32,000 nucleotides of DNA from Geotalea uraniireducens Rf4. Lineage in GTDB: Bacteria > Desulfobacterota > Desulfuromonadia > Geobacterales > Geobacteraceae. Shown here in pieces: positions 19,341-30,459 of this stretch. The DNA lies in contig NC_009483.1 of assembly GCF_000016745.1 (NCBI RefSeq), forward strand, positions 3,420,001-3,452,000, given 5' to 3'. Within the stretch, counting starts at the first letter, position 1, and every line of letters begins with the position of its first letter. The translations under genes and the position numbers were made by a program. A model generated the notes under the pieces. That model was given only the letters and a program-made list of their open reading frames with translations, was not told the DNA's origin and did not search any database.

Positions 19341-19348
19341 GACCGTCT

Positions 19349-20314
19349 CTAAGCTATCCCCGCCTTCAACAGGTCGTGAAGATGGATTATCCCCACCGGC
19401 CTGAAACTGCTGTCATTCTCGAAGACGAACAGCGAGGTAATGGAAAACTGCTCCATTTGCTGTAGCGCCTTGGCAGCCAACTCTGAGCGGTTAATCCGCT
19501 TCGGTTTCATCGACATGAGGTCAGAAGCGGGAAGGTTGATGATATCCATGCCCTTCTCCAGCGCCCGGCGAAGATCTCCGTCGGTAATGACCCCGAGGAG
19601 GGCGCCGTCCGCGCCGGTAACCCCGGTTATCCCCAACCCCTTGGAAGTAATGACGAACAACGCCTCGCGCATCAGCGTGCCGGCACTCACCAACGGTATC
19701 GCCTCCCCGCCGTGCATCATGTCCTCGACCGTGAGAATAAGTTTTTTTCCCAAGGCCCCGCCAGGGTGGAAAAGGGCAAAGTCCTCCGCATTGAAACCGC
19801 GCTCCAGGAGAAGCGCTACGGAAAGGGCATCCCCCATGGCCAAGGTGGCCGTGGTCGAAGCGGTCGGGGCCAATCCCAACGGACACGCCTCTTCTTTCAC
19901 GGAAATATCGAGGAATACGTCGCCGGCCTTTGCCAGGTTGGAAGACGGATTGCCGGTCATGGCAACCAGGCTCGCCCCGAGGCGTTTGATGATCGGCAGG
20001 ATGCGGACCACCTCTTCGGTTTCGCCGCTGTTTGAGATGGCGATCACCACATCACCCTTCATGATCATGCCAAGGTCACCGTGGATACCCTCCGCAGGAT
20101 GGAGGAAAAATGCCGGCGTACCGGTAGATGCCATGGTGGACGCAATTTTCTGGCCGATCAACCCTGACTTCCCCATTCCTGTAACAACCACCCGGCCGCG
20201 GGAAGCAAGGATCAGGCGCACCGCCTTTTCGAACTCGCCGTTGATGGCATCAGCGAGGGAAAGGAGCGCCTCCGCCTCGATACGTATTACCTTTTTCGCT
20301 TCTTCAAGAATCAC
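19349..20314 (-). CDS. kdsD: arabinose-5-phosphate isomerase (SIS domain plus two CBS domains)
   Basis: SIS motif [32 protein letters not shown] plus a C-terminal CBS pair. GTG start at 20312-20314 with GGAG upstream. Confidence 0.92.
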   Translation of the reverse strand: MILEEAKKVIRIEAEALLSLADAINGEFEKAVRLILASRGRVVVTGMGKSGLIGQKIASTMASTGTPAFFLHPAEGIHGDLGMIMKGDVVIAISNSGETEEVVRILPIIKRLGASLVAMTGNPSSNLAKAGDVFLDISVKEEACPLGLAPTASTTATLAMGDALSVALLLERGFNAEDFALFHPGGALGKKLILTVEDMMHGGEAIPLVSAGTLMREALFVITSKGLGITGVTGADGALLGVITDGDLRRALEKGMDIINLPASDLMSMKPKRINRSELAAKALQQMEQFSITSLFVFENDSSFRPVGIIHLHDLLKAGIA

Positions 20315-20323
20315 AAATACTCC

Positions 20324-20345
20324 GTGACCGGGGATCGGGGATCGG
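20324..20345. repeat. 3 heptamers of GGGATCG type (GTGACCG GGGATCG GGGATCG)
   Basis: Read directly. Lies between the CCAGTTC array and the kdsD RBS. Confidence 0.85.
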
Positions 20346-20351
20346 TAAAAT

Positions 20352-20484
20352 CCAGTTCCCAGTTCCCAGTTCCCAGTTCCCAGTTCCCAGTTCCCAGTTC
20401 CCAGTTCCCAGTTCCCAGTTCCCAGTTCCCAGTTCCCAGTTCCCAGTTCCCAGTTCCCAGTTCCCAGTTCCCAGTTCCCAGTTC
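20352..20484. repeat. 19 perfect tandem copies of heptamer CCAGTTC (133 bp)
   Basis: Counted directly: copies start at 20352 and recur every 7 nt to 20478, followed by a partial CCAG. The minus-sense unit is TGGGAAC. Confidence 0.99.
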
Positions 20485-20496
20485 CCAGGTTATAAC

Positions 20497-20524
20497 GTAG
20501 AACTTAGAACATAGAACCCAGAAC
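20497..20524. repeat. 4 degenerate heptamers NNAGAAC (GTAGAAC TTAGAAC ATAGAAC CCAGAAC)
   Basis: Read directly. Ends 3 nt from the kdsA stop codon (20528-20530). Confidence 0.85.
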
Positions 20525-20527
20525 AGT

Positions 20528-21346
20528 CTATTTCACTATGGCATCAATAGCCTTCAGTTTCTTCAACAGCGCGGGCAGATCTTCAAGCTTCACCGAGTTC
20601 GGACCGTCGCAGAGGGCCTTTTCCGGGTCGTCGTGGACTTCCATGAAGATTCCGTCGATCCCGGTTGCAACCGCAGCCCGGCCGAGGTATTCGACGAACT
20701 CGCGCTGCCCGCCGGAGGAGCCGCCGAGGCCGCCGGGAAGCTGAACGCTGTGGGTCGCGTCAAAGACCACCGGATAGCCGATTTTCCGCAAAATTGGGAA
20801 GCTGCGCATATCGGACACCAGGTTGTTATATCCGAACGACACCCCCCGTTCCGTCAGGATTATATTGTCGTTACCGGTTGAAACGGCCTTGCCTGCCACA
20901 TTTTCCATGTCCCAGGGAGCGAGAAACTGTCCCTTCTTGATATTCACCACCTTGCCGCTTCGCGCAGCAGCCACAACCAGATCGGTCTGCCGGCAGAGAA
21001 AAGCCGGTATCTGTACAACATCGAGCACCTCGGCTGCCGGCTCCACCTGCTCTATGGAATGGATGTCGGACAGCACCGGCACACCGAGAGCTTCTTTCAC
21101 CTTTTTGAGGATCTTGAGCCCATCCTTCATTCCCGGCCCGCGAAACGAATTGACCGAGGTACGGTTAGCCTTGTCGTAGGAAGCCTTGAATATGAGGGGA
21201 ATCGAAACCCCGTTGCAGATGGTCATGAGCCGCTCAGCGCAGCGCATGGTTGCCACCTCATTTTCAATCACGCACGGCCCGGCAATGAGTACCAGCGGCC
21301 GGTCGCCGCCTATCTTGACATTGCCGACGCTTATTTCTTTTACCAT
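20528..21346 (-). CDS. kdsA: 3-deoxy-8-phosphooctulonate synthase (KDO8P synthase)
   Basis: 272 aa, full-length KdsA pattern ([33 protein letters not shown]). RBS AAGGA upstream. Confidence 0.95.
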   Translation of the reverse strand: MVKEISVGNVKIGGDRPLVLIAGPCVIENEVATMRCAERLMTICNGVSIPLIFKASYDKANRTSVNSFRGPGMKDGLKILKKVKEALGVPVLSDIHSIEQVEPAAEVLDVVQIPAFLCRQTDLVVAAARSGKVVNIKKGQFLAPWDMENVAGKAVSTGNDNIILTERGVSFGYNNLVSDMRSFPILRKIGYPVVFDATHSVQLPGGLGGSSGGQREFVEYLGRAAVATGIDGIFMEVHDDPEKALCDGPNSVKLEDLPALLKKLKAIDAIVK

Positions 21347-21366
21347 GTTTATTTCCTTTAAAAGCT

Positions 21367-21396
21367 GGGATCAGGGATCGGGGATTGGGGATCAGG
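21367..21396. repeat. 4 heptamers of GGGATYN type (GGGATCA GGGATCG GGGATTG GGGATCA GG)
   Basis: Read directly. Lies between the kdsA RBS and the 9-copy CCAGTTC array. The 12-bp palindrome CGTTTTAAAACG at 21402-21413 separates the two arrays. Confidence 0.9.
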
Positions 21397-21417
21397 AAAA
21401 GCGTTTTAAAACGGTTC

Positions 21418-21480
21418 CCAGTTCCCAGTTCCCAGTTCCCAGTTCCCAGTTCCCAGTTCCCAGTTCCCAGTTCCCAGTTC
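21418..21480. repeat. 9 perfect tandem copies of heptamer CCAGTTC (63 bp)
   Basis: Copies start at 21418 through 21474. The last copy overlaps the pyrG stop codon (21479-21481). Confidence 0.99.
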
Positions 21481-23083
21481 ACGCCTTTATATTATGCAGC
21501 GCCGCAGCAATGAAGGCCCTGAAGAGTGGGTGCGGATTGAGCGGCTTGGATTTAAACTCCGGGTGGAACTGGCAACCGACGAACCACGGGTGATCGGGTA
21601 TCTCCACAATCTCCACCAGATCCCCCTCCTTGTAAATACCGGAAAGAATCAGTCCGTTTGAGACAAGGAGGTCACGGTAATCATTGTTGAATTCGTAGCG
21701 ATGGCGGTGGCGCTCGGATATATCAAGAGTCCCGTAAGCCTTTTGGGCGAACGATCCCTTGGCAAGGGTGCAGGGATAAGCGCCGAGGCGCATGGTGCCG
21801 CCTTTGCGGCTGACGCCTTTCTGTTCCTCCATAAGATGGATGATCGGGTTCGCGCAATCCTGCTTGAATTCGCTTGAAAAGGCATCATCCAAGTGGCAGA
21901 CGTTCCGGGCGTATTCCACGACCGCCATCTGCATTCCCAGACAGATGCCGAAAAAGGGGATTTTCCTGGTTCGGGCATACTCTATCGCCTTTATCTTCCC
22001 CTCAGTACCCCGTTCGCCAAAGCCACCCGGCACAAGGATGCCGTCAACCCCGTCCAACAAGCCATCAATCCCTTCCTGTTCGATTTTTTCCGAATCCAGG
22101 TAGCTCAGATGGACCCGGCAATCGTTGGCAATGCCACCGTGGGTAAGAGCCTCTGCCAATGATTTATACGACTCGGTCAGGTTTACGTATTTACCGACGA
22201 TGGCGATACGCACCTTGCCGTGACCGGGGTGCATCAGTTTATCGACCACTTGCTGCCAGGGGGTCAAATCCGGTGCCTTGGCCCAGATGTTGAGTTTCTC
22301 CACCACCTGTTCGTCAAGTCCCTCCTTATGCAGCGCCAGAGGCACCGCATAAATGTGTTCGGCGTCCATGGAGGTAATTACCGCCTTTTCCTCCACATTG
22401 CAGAACAGTGCGATCTTTGCCTTCATCTCCCGGGGGAGATCCTGCTCACAACGGCAGAGAAGGATATCCGGCTGAATGCCGATCTCCCGCAATTCTTTCA
22501 CCGAATGCTGGGTCGGCTTGGTTTTCAGTTCGTCGGCAGTCTTGATGAAAGGAACGAGGGTAACATGCAGGTAGAGGACGTTACCGGCGCCACGGTCGGC
22601 CTTGAACTGGCGTATCGCTTCGAGAAAAGGTAGCGACTCAATGTCACCCACGGTCCCGCCTATCTCGATAATAGCGATGTCCGATCCTTTGGCGTTATCG
22701 AGTATCTTGGATTTTATCTCGTCGGTAATATGGGGGATTACCTGCACGGTGCCCCCCAGATAATCGCCGCGACGCTCCTTCTCGATCACGGAAAAATATA
22801 CCTGGCCGGTGGTAAAGTTGCTCTTTTTCGAAAGGCGTGCCGAGGTGTACCGCTCGTAATGGCCCAGATCCAGGTCGGTTTCGGCGCCGTCATCGGTAAC
22901 AAACACTTCACCATGCTGAAACGGCGACATGGTGCCGGGATCGACGTTGATGTAAGGATCCAGTTTCTGATGGGTAACCCGCAGACCGCGGGCCTCCAAA
23001 AGCGCTCCCAAAGAAGCGGCGGCGAGTCCCTTGCCAATGGAGGAAACAACGCCGCCGGTAACAAAAATAAATTTGGTCTTCAT
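21479..23083 (-). CDS. pyrG: CTP synthase
   Basis: [20 protein letters not shown]-terminus and a glutamine amidotransferase domain with GICLGMQ. 534 aa. RBS AAGGAG upstream. Confidence 0.97.
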   Translation of the reverse strand: MKTKFIFVTGGVVSSIGKGLAAASLGALLEARGLRVTHQKLDPYINVDPGTMSPFQHGEVFVTDDGAETDLDLGHYERYTSARLSKKSNFTTGQVYFSVIEKERRGDYLGGTVQVIPHITDEIKSKILDNAKGSDIAIIEIGGTVGDIESLPFLEAIRQFKADRGAGNVLYLHVTLVPFIKTADELKTKPTQHSVKELREIGIQPDILLCRCEQDLPREMKAKIALFCNVEEKAVITSMDAEHIYAVPLALHKEGLDEQVVEKLNIWAKAPDLTPWQQVVDKLMHPGHGKVRIAIVGKYVNLTESYKSLAEALTHGGIANDCRVHLSYLDSEKIEQEGIDGLLDGVDGILVPGGFGERGTEGKIKAIEYARTRKIPFFGICLGMQMAVVEYARNVCHLDDAFSSEFKQDCANPIIHLMEEQKGVSRKGGTMRLGAYPCTLAKGSFAQKAYGTLDISERHRHRYEFNNDYRDLLVSNGLILSGIYKEGDLVEIVEIPDHPWFVGCQFHPEFKSKPLNPHPLFRAFIAAALHNIKA

Positions 23084-23111
23084 GTAAAAACTCCTTACCT
23101 TAAGTAGTAAC

Positions 23112-23170
23112 TAGTGAGTCGTGAAGTGTAAAAATCGGACTACCCACCACTTACTCTTCACTGCTCACTA
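23112..23170 (-). repeat. imperfect inverted repeat built from GTGA-type heptamers (20-position stem, 19-nt loop)
   Basis: 23112-23131 pairs with 23151-23170: 17 Watson-Crick pairs, 1 G.T and 2 mismatches by hand pairing. The right arm includes the kdsB stop codon. Confidence 0.8.
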
Positions 23171-23923
23171 CTTTTTAAGTCTCTCCAACACCTTCTCCAG
23201 GTCGCCGGGAGTATCGACCCCTATGGATTCATAATCGGTCTCCACGACCTTGATTCTATAACCGTTTTCCAGAACCCGGAGCTGCTCCAGCTTTTCCGCC
23301 ATTTCCAGGTAAGTGGGTGACATCTGGGCGAATTGGAGGAGGAAGTCGCGACGGTAAACATACAGTCCCACGTGCTTGTAGCAGAGCAGTTTACGCGAGG
23401 CAAACGCCTCGTCCTTCAGATCATTCCACTTGTCGCGGAAATTGGGTAGCGGTGAACGGGAAAAATAAAGGGCATACCCTTCCCAGTCGGTAACCACCTT
23501 GACCACATTGGGGCTGAGAAAATCGTGCAAGGTCTTGATGCGTGTTTTGAGGGTCCCCATCATGACAGAAGAATCCTCGGCGAGCGGTTTGATCGCCTCA
23601 TCGATCATGGCAGGCTCAATGAGGGGCTCGTCGCCCTGAACATTGACGATGATGTCGGAATCGAGACGCGCCGCCACTTCGGCCAGCCTGTCCGTCCCGG
23701 TTTCATGCACCCTTGAGGTCATCTCGGCCCTGCCGCCGAATGCATGGACAGCTGCGGCAATCCGCTCGTCGTCAGTGGCCACGATTACTTCGGAAACCAG
23801 CGAGGCTTTGGCGGTCCGCTCGTAGACATGTTGCACCATGGGCTTGCCCATGATGTCGGCAAGGGCTTTCCCTTCAAAACGGGTGGATGCATATCTTGCG
23901 GGAATAATTGCTGTTATTTTCAT
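23168..23923 (-). CDS. kdsB: 3-deoxy-manno-octulosonate cytidylyltransferase (CMP-KDO synthetase)
   Basis: [20 protein letters not shown]-terminus and the [10 protein letters not shown] motif. 251 aa. Confidence 0.95.
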   Translation of the reverse strand: MKITAIIPARYASTRFEGKALADIMGKPMVQHVYERTAKASLVSEVIVATDDERIAAAVHAFGGRAEMTSRVHETGTDRLAEVAARLDSDIIVNVQGDEPLIEPAMIDEAIKPLAEDSSVMMGTLKTRIKTLHDFLSPNVVKVVTDWEGYALYFSRSPLPNFRDKWNDLKDEAFASRKLLCYKHVGLYVYRRDFLLQFAQMSPTYLEMAEKLEQLRVLENGYRIKVVETDYESIGVDTPGDLEKVLERLKK

Positions 23924-23940
23924 AGGATCAAGGGACCGTG

Positions 23941-23986
23941 AAAAAAGATAAAAATAGATATGTCCCTTCTCTCGTAAGGCGGGACA
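23941..23986 (-). terminator. weak hairpin plus T-rich tract downstream of the EAL-HDOD gene and upstream of kdsB
   Basis: Minus strand: TGTCCC-N14-GGGACA followed by TATCTATTTTTATCTTTTTT. The stem is only 6 bp. A possible TTGACA-N18-TAACTT promoter lies just upstream (24020-23991), so the role is ambiguous. Confidence 0.3.
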
Positions 23987-24029
23987 AAGTAAGTTACATC
24001 AAAAGAAAGGTTTGTGTCAAGGAGGGAAA

Positions 24030-25268
24030 TTACACCATGTCTGTCAGGCTGTTGGTCCAGTTAATCGTCTCCATCTGCGCTCTGAGGAGGTGGTCAAGAT
24101 GGATATCGGTCTGTTTCAACAGCAGATCGGCGCCGGCAAAATCTGCCTGCTCCAGCTTTTCCGTCAATTGCAGAATCATACCGAGCGGTCCTTCCCTGGT
24201 GAGGAGCGCCTGACGTATGTCATCGGCAAGATTAAGTTGCCTGACCATCTCCTCCATGGACACTTCGAACAATGAATCGACAAGTGAAAGAATGCCGGTC
24301 ATGAAAGCGCGGTCGGAAAAGTCCGGGTCAACAATAAGGGTCGGCTGTTTTTTAACCAGCAATTCCATAAGCTTACCCCGTGTTGCCGCAATCACCAGAA
24401 GCGGGCTGAAAACACCATGAACACTCTTGCTGGCAAAAAGCGCCAGCATGATCCATCGCTTCAATTGTTGCAATCCCAGCACCATTAAGGCATGGCGCAA
24501 TGTTTTGATCCGCTCCCTCAACCCTATGGCCACGGAATTGACCAGGCGCAACAGGTTATAGGTCAGGTTCGGGTTTTGCTTGAACGTTTCTTCTATCTCC
24601 CTGAGTTCAACATCCCTGAGCACCTGCTCCAGCAGTTTTGTCAGGGTCAATTGGGCAATGTCCACCCGGTTCTGCTTTAAAACCACGGGATGGGCAAAAT
24701 AATACCCCTGAAACAGCTCAAAACCATGGGCAGAGCAAAAAGAGTATTGCTCAGCGGTTTCCACCTTTTCCGCCAAAAAAGTAAGCGGCCAGCGCTTCAA
24801 AGGCATCAATGCCTCCGACAGGGACGCGCAGGAATTCTCCAGAATATCCAGCTTCACGATGTCGATCAGGGGATAGAGCGGCTCATAGGCTGCACTGTAT
24901 TCATGGTCGTCCAGAGCAAGGGTAAAGCCGAGCTTTTTAAGGTCGCGGCAACGTTTGATAACGTCAGTATTTATCTCGATAGTCTCAAGGAGCTCGATAA
25001 CGACCTGCTCTTTCGGCAACAATTCAAGCGTGTCATTCATCAACATGTCCAGGTTGACGTTAAAAAAGCCCTTATGCCGACCAAGTACTTCTTTGGTGCC
25101 GAAATCGGTAAGCGCATTGACAATGACACTGGCGCTGGCTTGAAAGCTGTCGGAAATATTCGCGCTCAACAGGCTTTCCGCCGAGCGGAACAACAACTCG
25201 AAACCGATGATTTGCTGATCCCGATCCAGTATCGGCTGGCGGCCGAGAAAATATTTTTCCTGAGACAT
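24030..25268 (-). CDS. EAL-domain plus HDOD-domain signalling protein (YuxH/COG3434-like)
   Basis: N-terminal EAL-type domain (GRQPILDRDQQIIGFELLFRS, IELLE, LALDD, VKLD, AEKVET, FQGYYFAHP), then an HDOD-like C-terminal half. Confidence 0.8.
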   Translation of the reverse strand: MSQEKYFLGRQPILDRDQQIIGFELLFRSAESLLSANISDSFQASASVIVNALTDFGTKEVLGRHKGFFNVNLDMLMNDTLELLPKEQVVIELLETIEINTDVIKRCRDLKKLGFTLALDDHEYSAAYEPLYPLIDIVKLDILENSCASLSEALMPLKRWPLTFLAEKVETAEQYSFCSAHGFELFQGYYFAHPVVLKQNRVDIAQLTLTKLLEQVLRDVELREIEETFKQNPNLTYNLLRLVNSVAIGLRERIKTLRHALMVLGLQQLKRWIMLALFASKSVHGVFSPLLVIAATRGKLMELLVKKQPTLIVDPDFSDRAFMTGILSLVDSLFEVSMEEMVRQLNLADDIRQALLTREGPLGMILQLTEKLEQADFAGADLLLKQTDIHLDHLLRAQMETINWTNSLTDMV

Positions 25269-25312
25269 GCGAATCTCCTTGAAAAGCCGTGCTACTCACT
25301 GCTCACGCCTCC

Positions 25313-26974
<1,662 letters not shown>

Positions 26975-26978
<4 letters not shown>

Positions 26979-27832
26979 TTGAGTTTCCTGTAGACGGTCG
27001 GATGAACCATGGTCAACGGCACATCCAGTCCGCTCAAGGTTTCGGAATGTCCCATAAAAATGTAAGCGCCCGGCACCATATGTACGCAAAAATGATTCAA
27101 CAGTTTTTCCTGGGTCGGCCTGTCGAAATAAATAATCACATTTCTACAGAAAATGATATCGATCGGTTCACGCATGGCGAAATCGCCATCCATGAAGTTC
27201 AGGCGGCGAAATCGCACCTTTTCCCGTAACTCCGGCACGATCCGCACCCTTTGGCAGCTTTTGTCCTTACTGCGCAGCAGGTACTTTTTTTTCAATGTCA
27301 TCGGCACGGGGATCACCCGTTCTTCATCATAAACGGCCAGCTTGGCCTTTTCCAGCACACGCGTGGAGATATCTGTGGCAAGGATTTGATAGTTGAAGCC
27401 AGGATAGCTGTCCGCGAATTGTGAAAGCACCATGGCCAGGGTATACGGTTCTTCGCCCGTGGAACAGCCGGCGCTCCAGACCACGAGCTTTTTTCCCGGA
27501 TGCCTGTTGACCCATTCGGGCAAGACATTTTGCAGCAGGTAATCAAAGTGATCCGGTTCGCGGAAGAAGTCGGTCTTGTTGGTGGTCACCAGGTCGATCA
27601 TCTGCACCATTTCATTTTCTATCCCCTGTGAGCTGAAGAGATAGTCGCAGTAAACATGAAAAGATTCTATTCCAAGGCTTCTCAGGCGTTTTTGCAGGCG
27701 CGCTTCAAGCATGGTTTTTTTAGCGATCGGCATCTTGATGCCAAGTTCGTCATATATGAACTGGCTCAAACGGGAAAAATCTCCGTTAGACAAGGTGTGG
27801 GAACGTTCCACACCATGACAGGCATCGTTCAT
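26975..27832 (-). CDS. cheR: chemotaxis protein methyltransferase CheR
   Basis: TNKTDFFREPDHF and the SAM-binding VWSAGCSTGEEPYTLAM motif. RBS AGGAGG upstream. Confidence 0.92.
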
Positions 27833-27940
27833 CTTCCTGCCTCCTGAATAATTGATATATATTGGATAATTGGAGCTGCGCCCTGAAGTTATCCTGATTT
27901 TCTTATCGGCGCTTATTGGAAGATGTTTAGGGGAAAATCA

Positions 27941-27989
27941 GGCCAAAGGCCAAAGGTGAAAGGCTAAAAGTGAAAGGTGAAAGGACCAA
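27941..27989. repeat. 7 heptamer-phased units GGNNAAA (GGCCAAA x2, GGTGAAA, GGCTAAA, AGTGAAA, GGTGAAA, GGACCAA)
   Basis: Read directly, in the mcp-cheR spacer. Confidence 0.85.
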
Positions 27990-28002
27990 AGACTGTGGAT
28001 GG

Positions 28003-28042
28003 AAAAGGATAAAGGCCGAAGGTTTCCCTTCAGCCTTTATCC
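28003..28042 (-). terminator. candidate intrinsic terminator or attenuator between mcp and cheR
   Basis: GGATAAAGGCCGAAGG (28007-28022) pairs with CCTTCAGCCTTTATCC (28027-28042): 15 of 16 pairs, loop TTTC. On the minus strand it is followed by TTTT (28006-28003). Confidence 0.45.
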
Positions 28043-28068
28043 TTCAGCCTTTATCCTTCAGCCTCCGT
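28027..28068. repeat. alternating heptamers CCTTCAG/CCTTTAT (a 14-mer about 2.5 times) plus CCTCCGT
   Basis: Read directly. The array abuts the mcp stop codon (28069-28071). Each 14-mer is a potential partner for the single complementary arm at 28007-28022. Confidence 0.9.
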
Positions 28069-29799
28069 TCAGAACTTCTCGAACTCGGAATCCAGGTTGT
28101 CATTCTCCATATCCAGGCCGACCCCTCCGGCATTGACCGCCGCCTTGCCGTTCGCAACCTGACCCTTGTCATAGCCGTTCGCTTTCTTGATATGGGCGAT
28201 ATTATGCACCTTTGCCTTGCCGGTCTGCTTTGCCGCGTTTTTGGCCACTGGCCGCGACTGAACCGCTGTCCTCTTCACAGCGCTCCTCTCATCCACCTTG
28301 AAGAAGGCAATAGTAGCCTGGAGCTGCTCCGCCTGGGAGGCGAGCTCCTCGGCGGTAGAAGCCATCTCCTCGGATGCGCCGGCGTTCTGCTGGATCACCT
28401 GATCCAGCTGCTGGATCGCCTTGTTGATCTGTTCTGCGCCGGTATCCTGCTCCCTGCTCGCCGCGCTGATCTCCTGCACCAGCTCGGCGGTCCGCTGGAT
28501 ATCCGGCACCATCTTGGTCAAGAGATCGCCCGCCTTCTCAGCCACATCAACGCTCGATGCCGAAAGCTCGCTGATCTCGGCAGCCGCCTTCTGGCTCCTC
28601 TCGGCCAGCTTGCGCACCTCGCTCGCCACTACGGCGAATCCCTTGCCGTGCTCTCCGGCACGCGCCGCCTCGATGGCTGCGTTCAATGCCAGGAGGTTCG
28701 TCTGCCGCGCTATCTCTTCGATGATGGAGATCTTCCCTGCTATCTCCTTCATGGCATGGACGGTCTCTTCCACGGCCTTGCCCCCTTCCTTGGCGTCACC
28801 GGCGGACTTCACCGCAATCTTTTCGGTCTGGATGGCATTATCGGCGTTCTGCCTGATGTTGGACGACATCTGCTCCATGCTGGAAGAGGCCTCCTCGGCA
28901 GCGGCCGCCTGCTCGCTCGCCCCCTGGGACATCTCCTCAGAACCGGAGGAAAGTTCCTGACTGCCTGAGGCAACATTGTCCGCAGCGCTCTTCACCTCGC
29001 CGACGATCTCCTTCAGCTTTGCAACCATGGCCCCCATGGCGGTCAGCAACTGGCCGGTCTCATCCCCGCTGTTCGACTCGATGGCGACGGTCAGGTCACC
29101 CTCGGACAGCTTATTGGCAACGCTCACCGCCTCGGTGAGCGGACGGACGATGCCGCGGGTCAGAAAAAATGCTGTAAAGATGGCGATCAGAATAGCAGCA
29201 GCCCCCAGGCCGATCATCGTGTTTCTGGCACTTTCATATTCTTTAGCCGCTTCTTCGTAGCGCATCTTGTTACGCTCACTGTTGTGCTCGATCAGCTTTT
29301 CGAGCAACTCTTGCCACATATCAATAGCAGGCGCCGCTTCTTTTTTCATGAAGGCAATCGCTTCGACGTCTTGTTTTGCCGCATCAAGCTCCAGCACTTT
29401 GTTGTTCAGGGTACGGGCATGATCCTGTACCTCCTTTAACTTGGCAAATAAGTCATGTGATTTTGTATCATCCTTACTGGTCATTTCCTGTATTTTTTTG
29501 AAATTCTCGTCATACTTAGCTCTGGCACCATCAATCTTTTTTAGCATCTCGGGATGTTTGGATGCATCCGTCTCCATGATAATGTTTCTCATATTGACTT
29601 GAATCACACCAATTTGATCGTTACTGTCGTTGGCCAGTTCTATTCGGACACTGTTGATCGTTACTATGCGGTTAAGATTCTCTTTAATCCCGGCCATGCT
29701 GTGTACACCTTCCCAGATCAGCACCACCATAATTACCAACAACAAACCAAATCCCAGAGTCATCCGCTTGCCTATCTTCAAATTACTGAACCATTTCAT
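28069..29799 (-). CDS. methyl-accepting chemotaxis protein (two TM segments, periplasmic helical sensor, HAMP)
   Basis: Signalling hairpin [41 protein letters not shown], a HAMP domain after TM2, and an N-terminal TM at residues about 10-30. Confidence 0.93.
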   Translation of the reverse strand: MKWFSNLKIGKRMTLGFGLLLVIMVVLIWEGVHSMAGIKENLNRIVTINSVRIELANDSNDQIGVIQVNMRNIIMETDASKHPEMLKKIDGARAKYDENFKKIQEMTSKDDTKSHDLFAKLKEVQDHARTLNNKVLELDAAKQDVEAIAFMKKEAAPAIDMWQELLEKLIEHNSERNKMRYEEAAKEYESARNTMIGLGAAAILIAIFTAFFLTRGIVRPLTEAVSVANKLSEGDLTVAIESNSGDETGQLLTAMGAMVAKLKEIVGEVKSAADNVASGSQELSSGSEEMSQGASEQAAAAEEASSSMEQMSSNIRQNADNAIQTEKIAVKSAGDAKEGGKAVEETVHAMKEIAGKISIIEEIARQTNLLALNAAIEAARAGEHGKGFAVVASEVRKLAERSQKAAAEISELSASSVDVAEKAGDLLTKMVPDIQRTAELVQEISAASREQDTGAEQINKAIQQLDQVIQQNAGASEEMASTAEELASQAEQLQATIAFFKVDERSAVKRTAVQSRPVAKNAAKQTGKAKVHNIAHIKKANGYDKGQVANGKAAVNAGGVGLDMENDNLDSEFEKF

Positions 29800-29878
29800 A
29801 TTCGTAGCTCCTATAATTGCCCGTGGAAAGTGTAAATGGATTTATTCACCCTTCACTTTTCGCATCCCTGGGTATTCC

Positions 29879-30382
29879 TCACCCGTTAACGGCCATTGAG
29901 GGTTGTTCCCCATACACCGCCGCCAGATCAGCCATGGAAAAAACCTTGTCCACGTCGAGGATCATAATAAACCGCTCGTCGCGCTTTCCCATCCCCAGTA
30001 TAAAATCCGTATTGAGCTTTGTGCCGATCCGCGGCGCAGGCTCTATCTGTTCCGGCTCAAGATCCAGCACCTCCTGGACCGAATCCGCCATGGCGCCCAG
30101 TATCGTAATCTCCCCGTCGATAGCGACCTCCACGATGATGATGCAGGTATTCACCGTTTTTTCCGTGACGGCCATGCCGAATTTAAGGCGCATGTCTACC
30201 ACCGGCACCACATTGCCGCGCAGGTTTATCACCCCGCGCATAAACTCCGGCATCTGCGGCACCTTGGTTACGCTGGAGAAGTCCAGGACCTCCCTGACCT
30301 TGCCAATATCCAGGGCAAACACCTCCGCATCAAGGGTAAAGGTCAGATACTGCGTTATTTCTCCCATTCCGTCTCCGCCCAT
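29879..30382 (-). CDS. cheW: chemotaxis coupling protein CheW
   Basis: YLTFTLDAEVFALDIGKVREV and VINLRGNVVPVVDMRLKFG. A second possible ATG at 30367 also has a GGAG RBS. Confidence 0.9.
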   Translation of the reverse strand: MGGDGMGEITQYLTFTLDAEVFALDIGKVREVLDFSSVTKVPQMPEFMRGVINLRGNVVPVVDMRLKFGMAVTEKTVNTCIIIVEVAIDGEITILGAMADSVQEVLDLEPEQIEPAPRIGTKLNTDFILGMGKRDERFIMILDVDKVFSMADLAAVYGEQPSMAVNG

Positions 30383-30459
30383 AGACTGCTCTCTCCTTTC
30401 GCCAACAACATAAGACTTTGCACATAAACTTTCTTATCGTCCACCCAAGAAATTTCTTT

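Noticed and set aside
20352-20484. Possibility that the repeat arrays are CRISPR arrays
   Set aside because: The units are 7 nt and directly tandem with no spacers, there are no cas genes, and the repeats are far too short.
21186-21593. ORFs translating the CCAGTTC arrays ([13 protein letters not shown] on plus, [14 protein letters not shown] on minus)
   Set aside because: The 21-nt periodic peptides are artefacts of reading through a 7-nt repeat. These ORFs overlap kdsA and pyrG and have no independent start signals.
23938-24213. 91-aa plus-strand ORF in and beyond the kdsB/EAL spacer
   Set aside because: It mostly overlaps the 3' end of the EAL-HDOD gene on the opposite strand, has no RBS and shows no recognisable family.
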